DNA of 64,000 nucleotides, from the IMG/VR virus record IMGVR_UViG_3300013923_000004, positions 1 through 64,000 of that record. One strand, 5' to 3'. The position numbers and the translations under genes were made by a program. This document shows, one piece after another, positions 1 to 9,118 of the stretch (within the stretch, counting starts at the first letter, position 1; each line of letters opens with the position of its first letter). Source of the DNA: an uncultured virus (IMG/VR IMGVR_UViG_3300013923_000004). Taxonomy: Duplodnaviria > Heunggongvirae > Uroviricota > Caudoviricetes. Below the pieces are notes generated by a model. The model searched no databases and was not told the origin of the DNA. It was given only the letters and a program-made list of their open reading frames with translations.

Positions 1-207
1 ATGTCTAAAGCCCATCCAGTAGGGTCGTCCCTCCAGGCTTCCTACCTCCTCGCCCGGCAAGAAAAGAAGTTCACGATGGACATGCCGGAAGAGCTGCACG
101 CTAAGCTCAAGCAGATCGCAGCGTTCAGCCGCAAATCCGCCAAGGATCTGATGATCGAGGCACTGACCGAATACACCATCCCCAAATACTCGAAACCTGT
201 CGAGTAA
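1..207 (+). CDS. Ribbon-helix-helix DNA-binding protein, ParG-like
   Basis: FTMDMPEELHAKLKQIAA...SAKDLMIEAL fits the RHH/ParG pattern; 68 aa. Confidence 0.65.
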   Translation: MSKAHPVGSSLQASYLLARQEKKFTMDMPEELHAKLKQIAAFSRKSAKDLMIEALTEYTIPKYSKPVE

Positions 208-216
208 GGAGTTCCG

Positions 217-525
217 ATGAGCAATCGCCTGGCGAGGCTTCGCAGGCTATCGATTGAGCATTCCAGCAGAGGCGCTGCGGACAGCAGGGACTTCGCAATC
301 ACAATGTTCCTTTCGGAGCTGGACAGCGTAGTCTGCGAGGAAGTCGTTGACGCAACCTCCGACCAAGTGCTCTATGCACTGTACTCAGACTGGGCAACTG
401 CAGTCATCAACGGTGAGACCGACGCACAGCGCCGCAGCCGGTTGATCAGCGCCATCACAGTCTTCCCTAAAACCGAGCTCCCCCGAGCCCAAGAGAAAGC
501 GAACGTCGTCCAACTCTATGGCTGA
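217..525 (+). CDS. Hypothetical protein
   Basis: ORF with AGGAG RBS. Confidence 0.6.
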   Translation: MSNRLARLRRLSIEHSSRGAADSRDFAITMFLSELDSVVCEEVVDATSDQVLYALYSDWATAVINGETDAQRRSRLISAITVFPKTELPRAQEKANVVQLYG

Positions 526-856
526 CATCGACGAGAAGGTCGTTCAGTACACCCTGCAGTTCAGCCGCAAATGCAAGCTGGACGTGGATGAACACGCCCT
601 GCGTGACAACATCTACCGCCATCTCGAGGTTGCCAGGTCTGTCGTGACCGAAGCCACCCTTGAACGGATCGGCCATGTTCATCTGTCCGTGATGATCAAC
701 ACTGCTGCCCGCTACAACCTGTCCCTCGCCGAGGTGATGATGGAGGCGGTCAGAGCCGGATCACAGCCGGTGGCCCCTCTGTGTGTCGCGGTTGAAACCC
801 GCAAAAACAGCGTAACCCGCGTCAAGCAAAGACCTTCCCTCCGCGTCGTCAAATGA
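518..856 (+). CDS. Hypothetical protein
   Basis: Overlaps previous ORF by 8 nt; C-terminal RPSLRVVK tail. Confidence 0.6.
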   Translation: MADIDEKVVQYTLQFSRKCKLDVDEHALRDNIYRHLEVARSVVTEATLERIGHVHLSVMINTAARYNLSLAEVMMEAVRAGSQPVAPLCVAVETRKNSVTRVKQRPSLRVVK

Positions 857-860
857 CCCG

Positions 861-890
861 TTGACTGCCCTCGAACGCAGCCGGTAGCAT
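861..890 (+). promoter_or_regulatory. Putative sigma70 promoter of the replication operon
   Basis: TTGACT-N18-TAGCAT. Confidence 0.4.
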
Positions 891-937
891 CGCCGCTTGC
901 GCTAGAACTTCATAAAAAGAAAACGTACTGCCCAATA

Positions 938-959
938 ACCTGTATTTACAGGTATACAG
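938..959. promoter_or_regulatory. Dispersed palindromic motif copy
   Basis: ACCTGTATTTACAGGTATACAG upstream of the helicase. Confidence 0.75.
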
Positions 960-978
960 CATTACATAAGGAACTCAC

Positions 979-2286
979 ATGGAATTCAACAACGACCAGA
1001 AGGCTGCCATTCGCCGAGCGGTAGATGGCTTCCTAGAAAAAGACCTACCAGGCCTGACCATCATCGGAGAAGGCGGCACAGGAAAGACCACCTGCGTCAT
1101 GGACATAGCCGCCCAGCTGATCAAAGCCGGGCTCAAAGTTTTGTTCACCGCCCCAACCAACAAGGCCGTCAAGCAGCTTGAAAAGTCGGCGAAACGGTAT
1201 GGCCTGACGCTGAATAACGTCGCCTTCCAGACCCTGCACAGCGCGTTGGGACTGGCCCTACTCCCGTCCGAAGAGAACAAGTACGCCCACCGGCTGGGCC
1301 GCGGTGTGTTCCCGATCTTCGACGTTGTGGTGGTGGACGAGGCATCGATGCTCGGCAAGCGCGTCCTCTTCGACTACCTGCTGCCGGACGCCAAAGAGCA
1401 CAACTGCAAACTGCTGTTCATGGGCGATGACATGCAGCTGCCACCGGTGAAGGAAAAGGAGTCGCTGGCTTTCAAGGTCTTCGACACGGTCCGTCTGACC
1501 CAGGTGGAACGGCAGGCTGCAGACAGCAACATCCTCACGCTCAGCGGCTTGCTGCGCACGGCGATGGCCAACAACAAGCCCTTCTTCTCGCCGGCAGTCC
1601 AGGGCAACGGCGTAGAGGTGATCAAGTCAGCCGACTTCCTCAAAGAGGTGGTGAAGGCGTTCGACAAGGACACCGATCTCGACGAGCAGCGTGTTCTGGC
1701 CTGGTCCAATGCCAGGGTCGACGAAATCAATTCGGCTATTCGCCAGAAGCTGTTCGGCAGGGGCGCGCCGCGGTTCGTGGAAGGCGAACGGGTTGTCACC
1801 GGTGCCCCGATCACTGACGGCGAGACGGTGTTACTCAGCACCGACGAGGAGTGCATCGTCCACCGGATCACCGAGTCGTCGATCGATGACGAGGAGACCG
1901 GAGACAGCTACCGGACGCTGATGCTGGTCCTGAACCCGATTCACGCCGACATCGGTCAGGTCTTCGCCCACGTCCTCGACGACCGGGAAACGGATCGTTA
2001 CTGGGACCGGCTGAATCACCTCGCCTCCATGGCCAAGAAGCACCCCCAGGAAGCCCGCATGTTCTGGGCGAAGTACCACGACTTCAAGGACCTGTTTGCA
2101 TCCATCCGCTACTGCTACTGCATCACGGTGCACCGCTCCCAGGGCAGCACCTTCCGGCGAGCTTTCGTCGACCTGAACAACATCCTCAAGAACAACATCC
2201 GCGCTGAGCGGCAGCGACTCGTGTATGTGGCGTTCAGCCGCCCGAGTCACGAACTGCTGCTCAACAAGGGCAAGTACGTCGCGTGA
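979..2286 (+). CDS. Dda/RecD-like SF1B DNA helicase
   Basis: Walker A GEGGTGKT, APTNKA, VVVDEASM, GDDMQLPPV, TVHRSQGST, YVAFSRP. Confidence 0.92.
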   Translation: MEFNNDQKAAIRRAVDGFLEKDLPGLTIIGEGGTGKTTCVMDIAAQLIKAGLKVLFTAPTNKAVKQLEKSAKRYGLTLNNVAFQTLHSALGLALLPSEENKYAHRLGRGVFPIFDVVVVDEASMLGKRVLFDYLLPDAKEHNCKLLFMGDDMQLPPVKEKESLAFKVFDTVRLTQVERQAADSNILTLSGLLRTAMANNKPFFSPAVQGNGVEVIKSADFLKEVVKAFDKDTDLDEQRVLAWSNARVDEINSAIRQKLFGRGAPRFVEGERVVTGAPITDGETVLLSTDEECIVHRITESSIDDEETGDSYRTLMLVLNPIHADIGQVFAHVLDDRETDRYWDRLNHLASMAKKHPQEARMFWAKYHDFKDLFASIRYCYCITVHRSQGSTFRRAFVDLNNILKNNIRAERQRLVYVAFSRPSHELLLNKGKYVA

Positions 2287-2315
2287 CCCAGAAATCAGAA
2301 GCTCGGGAGAGGCCC

Positions 2316-2561
2316 ATGCAGATTCAACAAGTATCAGAAACAGACGCCCCCGCCCCGGTAAAAAGGATCGACTACGTCGAGCTCGCTCAGCACTACAACG
2401 CCCTGGAAGTGGGCAAGTCGCTGAAGCTCGGCCGGGTCTACAACACCACCCTCTTCCGCCAGAGCCTGCAGCGCCGCGGACTGGCTGACTCCGACGCCGA
2501 GGTCTATCAGCGCAAGGGATCCTGTTACATCACCAGAAAGTCTGAAACGCTGATGGCGTGA
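2316..2561 (+). CDS. Small hypothetical protein
   Basis: GGAGAGG RBS before ATG 2316; alternative GTG start at 2283. Confidence 0.6.
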   Translation: MQIQQVSETDAPAPVKRIDYVELAQHYNALEVGKSLKLGRVYNTTLFRQSLQRRGLADSDAEVYQRKGSCYITRKSETLMA

Positions 2562-2568
2562 GGGTGCC

Positions 2569-5430
2569 ATGTACCATTTCCTGCAGTTCAAGCCGAACGC
2601 GAAGGAAGCCTGGCGCCTGTACGACGAGCGGCAGCTCTCCGGACTAGAGCAGCCGCCAGCCTTCATGACTGTCCTGAAGGTCGACCAGGATCCGGAAAAC
2701 TTCGCTGAGAACGGCGAAGACCCGCTCGACCACGTCAAGTACATGGGACCTATGTACTTCGACTTCGACGGCCCTGACCTGGATGCCGTCCTCGAGTCGG
2801 TCCGCACCGTCCTGACCCACCTGACGAAGAAGTTGGACATCGACAAGTCCTTCATCCATTGCTGGCTGTCAGGAAAGAAAGGCGTGCACGTTACGGTGCC
2901 GGCCAGGGTCTTCGGACTGAAGGCGCCGGTGAAGGCCCTCCCGCTGATCTACCGCGAAGTCGCAGAGACGATGAAAGTCGAGCACCTCGACATGGTCGTC
3001 TACTCGGCTGGCCGCGGTCGGATGTGGCGATGCGAGAACATCCAGCGCCCCACCGGCACGTTCAAGGTCGGAGTGACCTACGACGAGCTGGTCGACATGG
3101 ACAGCGAGCAGTACGCCACGCTGGTAGCCCAGCCGCGCCCGTCGATGGCGCTGAACGAGCCGTCTGATTCGGTGATCTTCCCCAAGGCCGAGGCGCTGTT
3201 CAAAGCGGCGCGCATCCGGGCGGCCAAGCGGGTCAAGGCGATGAAGTCGTCCGTGGTAGTGCCGAAGGAAAAGCTGCAGGCCCTGACAGAGGTCCCAGGC
3301 TGTATCCAGAAGCTGATCACCGAAGGCGACTCGCCCGAGTCGAATTGGAACCAGGCTGCGATGCAGGTCGCCGCGTATGTGGCAGCGCGTTACGAGCGAG
3401 ACGACGCCGACGAGTACACCGCCGACATCGTAGAGCCGTTCGTGACCAACGTGGAGAGCAGCGCCAGGCCCTCGGTAAAGGAGCGCCGCAAGCATGTGGA
3501 AGGGATGCTCAACCGGGCCTTCACCGGCCGGCTGAAATTCCTCCCTGGGCCGCTGATCGCAACGATCGGTAAGCCCTGCGGACACTGCATCATCTGCCGC
3601 GGTGACGTTGAAAACTCTGAGCAGAGAGGCAGCGACGACGAGGACGATTTTGATCCGCGGACGAGCATCAGGGCAGCCACCATCGGCTACTTCCTGGAGA
3701 ACGAGGGCAGCGGCCGCAAGCTGACCACCTTCACCTTCTGGCCGCACACCGAAGTCTACGACTTGGAGGACGTCTCCGCGGATCAGGTCCTGTTCAAGGA
3801 ATCACCCCGCAGAGCCTACATCGGAAAGCTGATCGATGACCTTGGCCAAGTGGTCGAGGATCACGAGATGCCCGAGGAGGCGTGGTCATCAAAGCGGTCG
3901 TTGATCAGCGCGATCAGCGGGCGCAACAGCGCGACAGTCACCGCCTCCGACGCAGACATCCAGAACCTGCTGCGTGCCGTCCAGGAACTGGGCCGGCGCA
4001 AAGCTGAACAGCAAGGCAAGGAAATCGAGAAGATGGTTCGCACCCAACTGTGCGGGGTGCTGCTTGACCGGCGCAGGGACAAGGTGGTCGCCCACTACGT
4101 CGAGGACGCTGGCTCCTGCACCTCTGCAGGCAAAGTCAGCCGGTACTACTACAACGGCGACCCCAAGCAATCGCCGAAGCTGCTGTCTGAAGACTACCCC
4201 TACGAGGATGACACCGATCTCGAAGAGGCGATCTTCCACCTGACCAAGGTGAACGAGGCTCACAGCATTGGCGCGGTGATCGGCTGGCACGTCGCCTGCC
4301 ACTTCCGCGAGCACATCCAGTTCAACGAAGTGCAGTTCCCGCTGCTGAACATCAGCGGGAACGCCAGCGCTGGCAAGACCTCGCTGGCAATCCTGGCGAG
4401 CTTTCTGAACGGCATGGACTACGGCAAGGCGGACTTCATGAACGTCGAAGTCTCGACGATCTATCCGCTGGTCCGGTTTGTGTCCAGCAGCAGCACCGTG
4501 CCCCGCCTGGTTGAGGAGGTCAACCCGGCGAACATCGGCGTCGGCATGTACGGCAAGATCCTCGGCATCCTGAAAGCTGCATGGAACCGGGCTCCGGTCC
4601 CGCGCGGAAAGCTCAGCGAGAAGGGGGTCGGGATATCCACCGACCGCGTCAGCTCACCGATCGTCTACACCAGCGAGCAGACGGCCACCGTGCCATCCCT
4701 GCGCAGCCGGACCGTAGAGGTGAAGCTCACGTCGAAGGCGCTGATGAACGACCAGTACAGGTTCCATTACGCGGAAGCGGCAAAGCGCCGCCACGCGCTG
4801 ATGAGAATGGCCAAGGCGCTGGTCACCAAAGCTGTAAATATGGCCCCGGAGCAGGTCCTGGAGGTGTTCGACAGCACTGCTCATTTGGTGCCGGACAGCA
4901 TCGGCCCGCGCCCCAAATGGGGCTACCAGACAGCGCTTACCGGGCTCGCCCTTCTCGCCAAGACGATGGACGACTACGAGGTCAAGGGTCGTGAGCACGT
5001 CGACGAACTGTTCAACGCCCTTTCAGGCTTCCTGTCCAGCAATGCCGGCGAGATGGAGAAGGAGAAGTCCATCTCCGAGGTCGACCGAGTCCTCAGCACG
5101 CTGAACCAGATGGCGGAGGATCCAGAGGACCGCCAGACAGGTCTGCGAGCTGGTGACCACTACTGGCGCCAAGGGAACAGCCTGTTCCTGGTGATCTCGT
5201 CCTGCTTGCCCCGCTACTGCCGCTACGCCAAGACACTCGGGGACGTCCCGGTGATCAAGGAAGCGCGGCAGATGACCAGCCTACTGGAGGGCGAAGTGTA
5301 CTTCGACCGGCGTGAACAACACCCCCACAAGGAGGGCGTCGACGTCCACGTCATCAACCTGTCGGCCGTGCGCAGCAAAGGCACGCCGCTAACCAACTTC
5401 CAAGATGACACCGAGCCAGCGGAAGTCTGA
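2569..5430 (+). CDS. AEP-type primase fused to a P-loop (SF3/DUF927-like) helicase
   Basis: AEP motifs YFDFD and SGKKGVHV; CxxCxxC cluster; Walker A GNASAGKT. Confidence 0.8.
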   Translation: MYHFLQFKPNAKEAWRLYDERQLSGLEQPPAFMTVLKVDQDPENFAENGEDPLDHVKYMGPMYFDFDGPDLDAVLESVRTVLTHLTKKLDIDKSFIHCWLSGKKGVHVTVPARVFGLKAPVKALPLIYREVAETMKVEHLDMVVYSAGRGRMWRCENIQRPTGTFKVGVTYDELVDMDSEQYATLVAQPRPSMALNEPSDSVIFPKAEALFKAARIRAAKRVKAMKSSVVVPKEKLQALTEVPGCIQKLITEGDSPESNWNQAAMQVAAYVAARYERDDADEYTADIVEPFVTNVESSARPSVKERRKHVEGMLNRAFTGRLKFLPGPLIATIGKPCGHCIICRGDVENSEQRGSDDEDDFDPRTSIRAATIGYFLENEGSGRKLTTFTFWPHTEVYDLEDVSADQVLFKESPRRAYIGKLIDDLGQVVEDHEMPEEAWSSKRSLISAISGRNSATVTASDADIQNLLRAVQELGRRKAEQQGKEIEKMVRTQLCGVLLDRRRDKVVAHYVEDAGSCTSAGKVSRYYYNGDPKQSPKLLSEDYPYEDDTDLEEAIFHLTKVNEAHSIGAVIGWHVACHFREHIQFNEVQFPLLNISGNASAGKTSLAILASFLNGMDYGKADFMNVEVSTIYPLVRFVSSSSTVPRLVEEVNPANIGVGMYGKILGILKAAWNRAPVPRGKLSEKGVGISTDRVSSPIVYTSEQTATVPSLRSRTVEVKLTSKALMNDQYRFHYAEAAKRRHALMRMAKALVTKAVNMAPEQVLEVFDSTAHLVPDSIGPRPKWGYQTALTGLALLAKTMDDYEVKGREHVDELFNALSGFLSSNAGEMEKEKSISEVDRVLSTLNQMAEDPEDRQTGLRAGDHYWRQGNSLFLVISSCLPRYCRYAKTLGDVPVIKEARQMTSLLEGEVYFDRREQHPHKEGVDVHVINLSAVRSKGTPLTNFQDDTEPAEV

Positions 5431-5474
5431 GCGCGGCAGAAGTAGGGGCTTCGGCCCCGAAGGAGACAAGAAAA

Positions 5475-5702
5475 ATGCGTAATGCCGACCCAGTAGATGA
5501 AGCAGCCGACGTAGCAGCTGAGAACCTCGAGCGCTATATCGCCGCTGCGCGGGCCGAGGCGGCGCCGCGTCTGCAGGCGAAAGGCTCTTGCTACTACTGC
5601 GACGAGCCGCTCGGCGCCGGACTCAGGTTCTGCGACGAGTTCTGCCGTGGTGACTACGACCACCTCATGACCCGGAGAAAGGTCAATGGCATCAAGCCTT
5701 AG
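5475..5702 (+). CDS. TraR/DksA-family C4 zinc-finger protein
   Basis: N-terminal DPVDEA (DxxDxA) and CxxC-x10-CxxxC. Confidence 0.75.
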   Translation: MRNADPVDEAADVAAENLERYIAAARAEAAPRLQAKGSCYYCDEPLGAGLRFCDEFCRGDYDHLMTRRKVNGIKP

Positions 5703-7320
5703 CGATCTGATGCTCGCCAGCGGGGTGACCAATTACCCCGTCTGGTTCGACAAAGTGCAGCTGCCGTTCTGGCCGATGCCGCACCAAATGGAGCAGGTGA
5801 AGCTCTACGCCCGGAACATGAGGTTCATGGATGCCGGGGATCCGGGCGTTGGAAAGAGTTTTCCAGCGCAAATTCACGCGGTGCTGATGGCGGCCCTGGG
5901 AAACAAGGTCGTCTTCTCGATGCCACCGAAGCTGATCGTCCAGTTCTACGAGGAGCTGAAGGACTTCTTCGTCGGGATCGATAACCACCTGAAAGTCGCT
6001 CATCTGGACGTGCCGGCCACGCAGAAGAAGAAGCTGATCGATCAGTGGGATGCTGAAGGCTGGCCGGACATCCTGATCATGTCCTATGACATCTACCGGG
6101 TGCTGAATGACCGTTCCCCTACCAAGGCGATCGGTGCCAACCTGTGGTTCCGGCAAGACGGCAGCCCCTACTTCAAGGTCGCCGGAGAGCCTTACGATCG
6201 AACAGCCAAACCCTTCACGAAGGATGGCCGAGAGATCAACAAACGCGGCAGGGCCCGCAACCCGTTCCAGTTCAAGCTCAAGCGGTCAGGCTACAACGTG
6301 CTCTTCTTCGACGAGGCGCATGCGCTTTGCGGAGTTGATTCGATCCTTTCGACCTCAGTGGCCGAGATGAGCGCGCAGCTGGGTGATGAGGTAGCGATCT
6401 ACCTGATGACCGGCACGCCGGTGCCGACCCACCTGGAGGACGTCTACGGCATCATCCGGCTGATCAACCCTGGCGCGTATGGCAACAAAGCCGCCTTCGA
6501 GCGGCAGCACTGCGAGATCCAGACCTTCTCCGTGAACAACGGCAAGAAGGACGTTAAGGTCAAGAAAATCGTCGCGTATCACAACACCGAGAAGGTCTAC
6601 CAGGCGCTCTACAAGAACGCACGGCGGGTCCAGAAGCGGGATGTGATCCAGATGCCTGACCCGCTGATCACGCAGATCAAAGTGCACCTGACGGGGGCTC
6701 ACAAGAAGCTCTACAAGAAGATCATCAACGACCGATTCGCCATCCTCGGTGACAAGGTCCTGATGCCGGACAACCAGAGCGCACTACGCCACCTGGCCCT
6801 GCAGTTGATCAGCTGCCCTGATGAGTTCGACCAAAGCGTCAGCATGGACAACGACCTCGCCAAGGCCTGCGACACGCTGCTGGACAGCATCAACCCTGGC
6901 AACCACAAGGTCATCATCTTCGCTTACTACAAGCGGACGATCGACTTCCTGGCCAAGCGCTACGCCCACTGGAACCCGGCAGTGCTCTACGGTGGGTCGG
7001 ATCGGAGCCAGGTCGAGAAGTTCAAGACCGACCCCAGCTGCCGGATCTTCGTGATCAACTGGATCGCCGGCGGCGCCGGCCTGAACCTGCAGTGTGCCTC
7101 CCACAGCATCTTCTACGAATGTCCGACCTCCCCCAAGGACGCCAAGCAGGCCATTGCCCGCACCGACCGAAAGGGGCAGGAGAACATCGTGAACGTCTAT
7201 TTCCTTCGGGTGATGGGAACCTTACTCGACAGGAACTTCAAGAACCTCCTCAAAAACGAGGAGGAAAACAACCAGATCGTGCGGGATCGGAAAGATCTGC
7301 TGCACGAGCTGCTCCACTGA
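5686..7320 (+). CDS. SNF2-family helicase
   Basis: GDPGVGKS, FFDEAH, MTGTP, GGAGLNLQ, QAIARTDRKGQ. Confidence 0.9.
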   Translation: MASSLSDLMLASGVTNYPVWFDKVQLPFWPMPHQMEQVKLYARNMRFMDAGDPGVGKSFPAQIHAVLMAALGNKVVFSMPPKLIVQFYEELKDFFVGIDNHLKVAHLDVPATQKKKLIDQWDAEGWPDILIMSYDIYRVLNDRSPTKAIGANLWFRQDGSPYFKVAGEPYDRTAKPFTKDGREINKRGRARNPFQFKLKRSGYNVLFFDEAHALCGVDSILSTSVAEMSAQLGDEVAIYLMTGTPVPTHLEDVYGIIRLINPGAYGNKAAFERQHCEIQTFSVNNGKKDVKVKKIVAYHNTEKVYQALYKNARRVQKRDVIQMPDPLITQIKVHLTGAHKKLYKKIINDRFAILGDKVLMPDNQSALRHLALQLISCPDEFDQSVSMDNDLAKACDTLLDSINPGNHKVIIFAYYKRTIDFLAKRYAHWNPAVLYGGSDRSQVEKFKTDPSCRIFVINWIAGGAGLNLQCASHSIFYECPTSPKDAKQAIARTDRKGQENIVNVYFLRVMGTLLDRNFKNLLKNEEENNQIVRDRKDLLHELLH

Positions 7321-7336
7321 GGCGTCCGCCTCATTG

Positions 7337-7365
7337 TTGACGGCCTGGGAATCGGCCTGTATAAA
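7337..7365 (+). promoter_or_regulatory. sigma70 promoter
   Basis: TTGACG-N17-TATAAA, followed by a motif copy at 7381-7400. Confidence 0.75.
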
Positions 7366-7431
7366 GCCACGACCGTATTCCTGTATTTCTGTAGATACAG
7401 CGATGCGGACAACTGACGATCTAAAAGGAAA

Positions 7432-8256
7432 ATGACCATGGCACTCGCACGCCCTCAAGTAACCAAGACCCAAGACGAAGCTGAAGCCCTGAACACTGCC
7501 GGTGTGGAAGCCACCGCAGCCGCCGCTGTCGTTGAGCCGGAGGTCGTCTCCGCGGCAGCTTCCGAGGCTGTCGCTTCCAGCGAGCCGATGACCGAGCAAG
7601 GCGTTGAAGCCACCCAGGCTGTAGCCGTCGCTGAACCCGCTGAGCAGAAGGCCGTTTCGGTCACCGAGCAGCGCACCAACGCCATGGCACAGTTCTCCGC
7701 AGACCAGGCAGCTGCCGGCTTCGAAGGCCTGGACCTGACCGGTATGTCCTTCGACCGCATCAAGATGCACGAAGGCAAGTTCCTGCTGGGCAGCGAAGAG
7801 GCTGAGCTGGGCACCGAGTTCGACTGCGTGATCCACAGCACCCGCCGCCTGTACGTCGTTCGCCAGAGCACCGACCAGGACGCCGAGTCCTACTACTCCT
7901 ACGACGCCACCGGCGCGACGTTCACCGACGGCAGCTGCGCGGCCGAGAAGCTGCAGGACTGGGCCGACGAAGGCTACGGCGGTGAAGAGTCCCCGCTCGA
8001 CATCAAGGAATACCTCGAGGCCATGGCCACGCTGGTCAACCGCGACGACGAGTACGAGCAGCAGATGGTCATGCTGAGCATCCCGCCGGCCTCCAAGGCC
8101 CGCCTCGCAGGGGCCGCGGCCCAGGCCTACACCAAGCTGCGCGGCGCCCGCCTCGACCAGGTGGTGACCCAGTGCCAGGTCGGCAAGAAGGTCGGCGAAG
8201 GCACCAAGGCGTTCCGCCCGTGGGTGTTCAAGACCACCGGCCGCTACGAAGGCTGA
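7432..8256 (+). CDS. Acidic phage protein, possibly ssDNA-binding or recombination
   Basis: Own promoter and terminator, strong codon bias, Ala/Glu-rich N-terminus; function inferred from position only. Confidence 0.5.
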   Translation: MTMALARPQVTKTQDEAEALNTAGVEATAAAAVVEPEVVSAAASEAVASSEPMTEQGVEATQAVAVAEPAEQKAVSVTEQRTNAMAQFSADQAAAGFEGLDLTGMSFDRIKMHEGKFLLGSEEAELGTEFDCVIHSTRRLYVVRQSTDQDAESYYSYDATGATFTDGSCAAEKLQDWADEGYGGEESPLDIKEYLEAMATLVNRDDEYEQQMVMLSIPPASKARLAGAAAQAYTKLRGARLDQVVTQCQVGKKVGEGTKAFRPWVFKTTGRYEG

Positions 8257-8271
8257 TCTCAGCGGCAACAG

Positions 8272-8307
8272 AAAAGCCGCCGAGGTGTAAAAGCCCGGCG
8301 GCTTTTT
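8272..8307 (+). terminator. Rho-independent terminator, possibly bidirectional
   Basis: AAAAGCCGCCG...CGGCGGCTTTTT. Confidence 0.75.
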
Positions 8308-8319
8308 ACGCATCACAAA

Positions 8320-8333
8320 CCTGTATTTACAGG
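8320..8333. promoter_or_regulatory. Dispersed palindromic motif copy overlapping the thyX RBS
   Basis: CCTGTATTTACAGG. Confidence 0.75.
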
Positions 8334-8340
8334 AACCAGA

Positions 8341-9072
8341 ATGAAAGCAATCTACGAAAACCACTACCTGAGCGACCGTGACGTGGCGAACTTCGCCCGC
8401 CAGTCGTTCGGCAAGCTCGCTGATCAGTTCCCCACTGAGCAGAACAACAACCTGATCCGCTTCCTGGCCCGCGGCATGAAGACCGGCGACTGGGAAGCGC
8501 TGATCGACTCGATGATCCTGGCGGTCACCAAGGAGCAGGCCACAAAGCTGGCCAACTACCTGCGCAAGATCCCCGAGCATTGGGTTCCGTTCGGTCACCC
8601 ACACATCAGCCTGCGCATGCAAGCCCCGGTGCCAATCGCCCGCCAGGCGTTCAAGCACAAGATCGGCTTCGTCGAGTCCGAGGAAAGCCGTCGCTACATC
8701 AGCAGCCGGCCGGAGCTCTTCGTGCCCGAGCACTTCCGCGCCACCGCTGAGAACGTGAAGCAAGGCAGTGCCGGCGTACATCCGCTCAGCGATCACTGGA
8801 GGGGGGTGTACGAGCGCAAGTGCACCGAGATGATCGAAACCTACCTGCTGGCCATCGACAGTGGTGTTTGCCCCGAGCAGGCGCGCTTGTTCCTTCCGCA
8901 AGGCTGTGAGGTGAACTGGGTCTGGACTGGGTCGCTGTATGCCTTCGCCAACTTCTACAACCAGCGCAGCGACAGCCACGCACAGGTCGAGATCCAGCAG
9001 TTGGCCGAGCAGGTCAACGAGATCATTGCTCCGCTGTATCCAGTTTCGTGGGCCGCCCTCACCGGCAAATGA
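8341..9072 (+). CDS. thyX: FAD-dependent thymidylate synthase
   Basis: HWVPFGH, ARQAFKHKIG..ESEESRRY, PEQARLFLP, HAQVEIQ. Confidence 0.92.
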   Translation: MKAIYENHYLSDRDVANFARQSFGKLADQFPTEQNNNLIRFLARGMKTGDWEALIDSMILAVTKEQATKLANYLRKIPEHWVPFGHPHISLRMQAPVPIARQAFKHKIGFVESEESRRYISSRPELFVPEHFRATAENVKQGSAGVHPLSDHWRGVYERKCTEMIETYLLAIDSGVCPEQARLFLPQGCEVNWVWTGSLYAFANFYNQRSDSHAQVEIQQLAEQVNEIIAPLYPVSWAALTGK

Positions 9073-9118
9073 ATCCCTCCTGGCACGAGGGGTGCCGGGA
9101 AAGAAGAAGCGAAGAAAA

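Noticed and set aside
938..959. Dispersed motif as a LexA SOS box
   Set aside because: Half-sites look alike, but spacing is CTGT-N4-ACAG or N12, not the N8 of gammaproteobacterial LexA boxes
7222..8979. 585-aa minus-strand ORF
   Set aside because: Antisense shadow of GC3-biased plus-strand genes; no motifs
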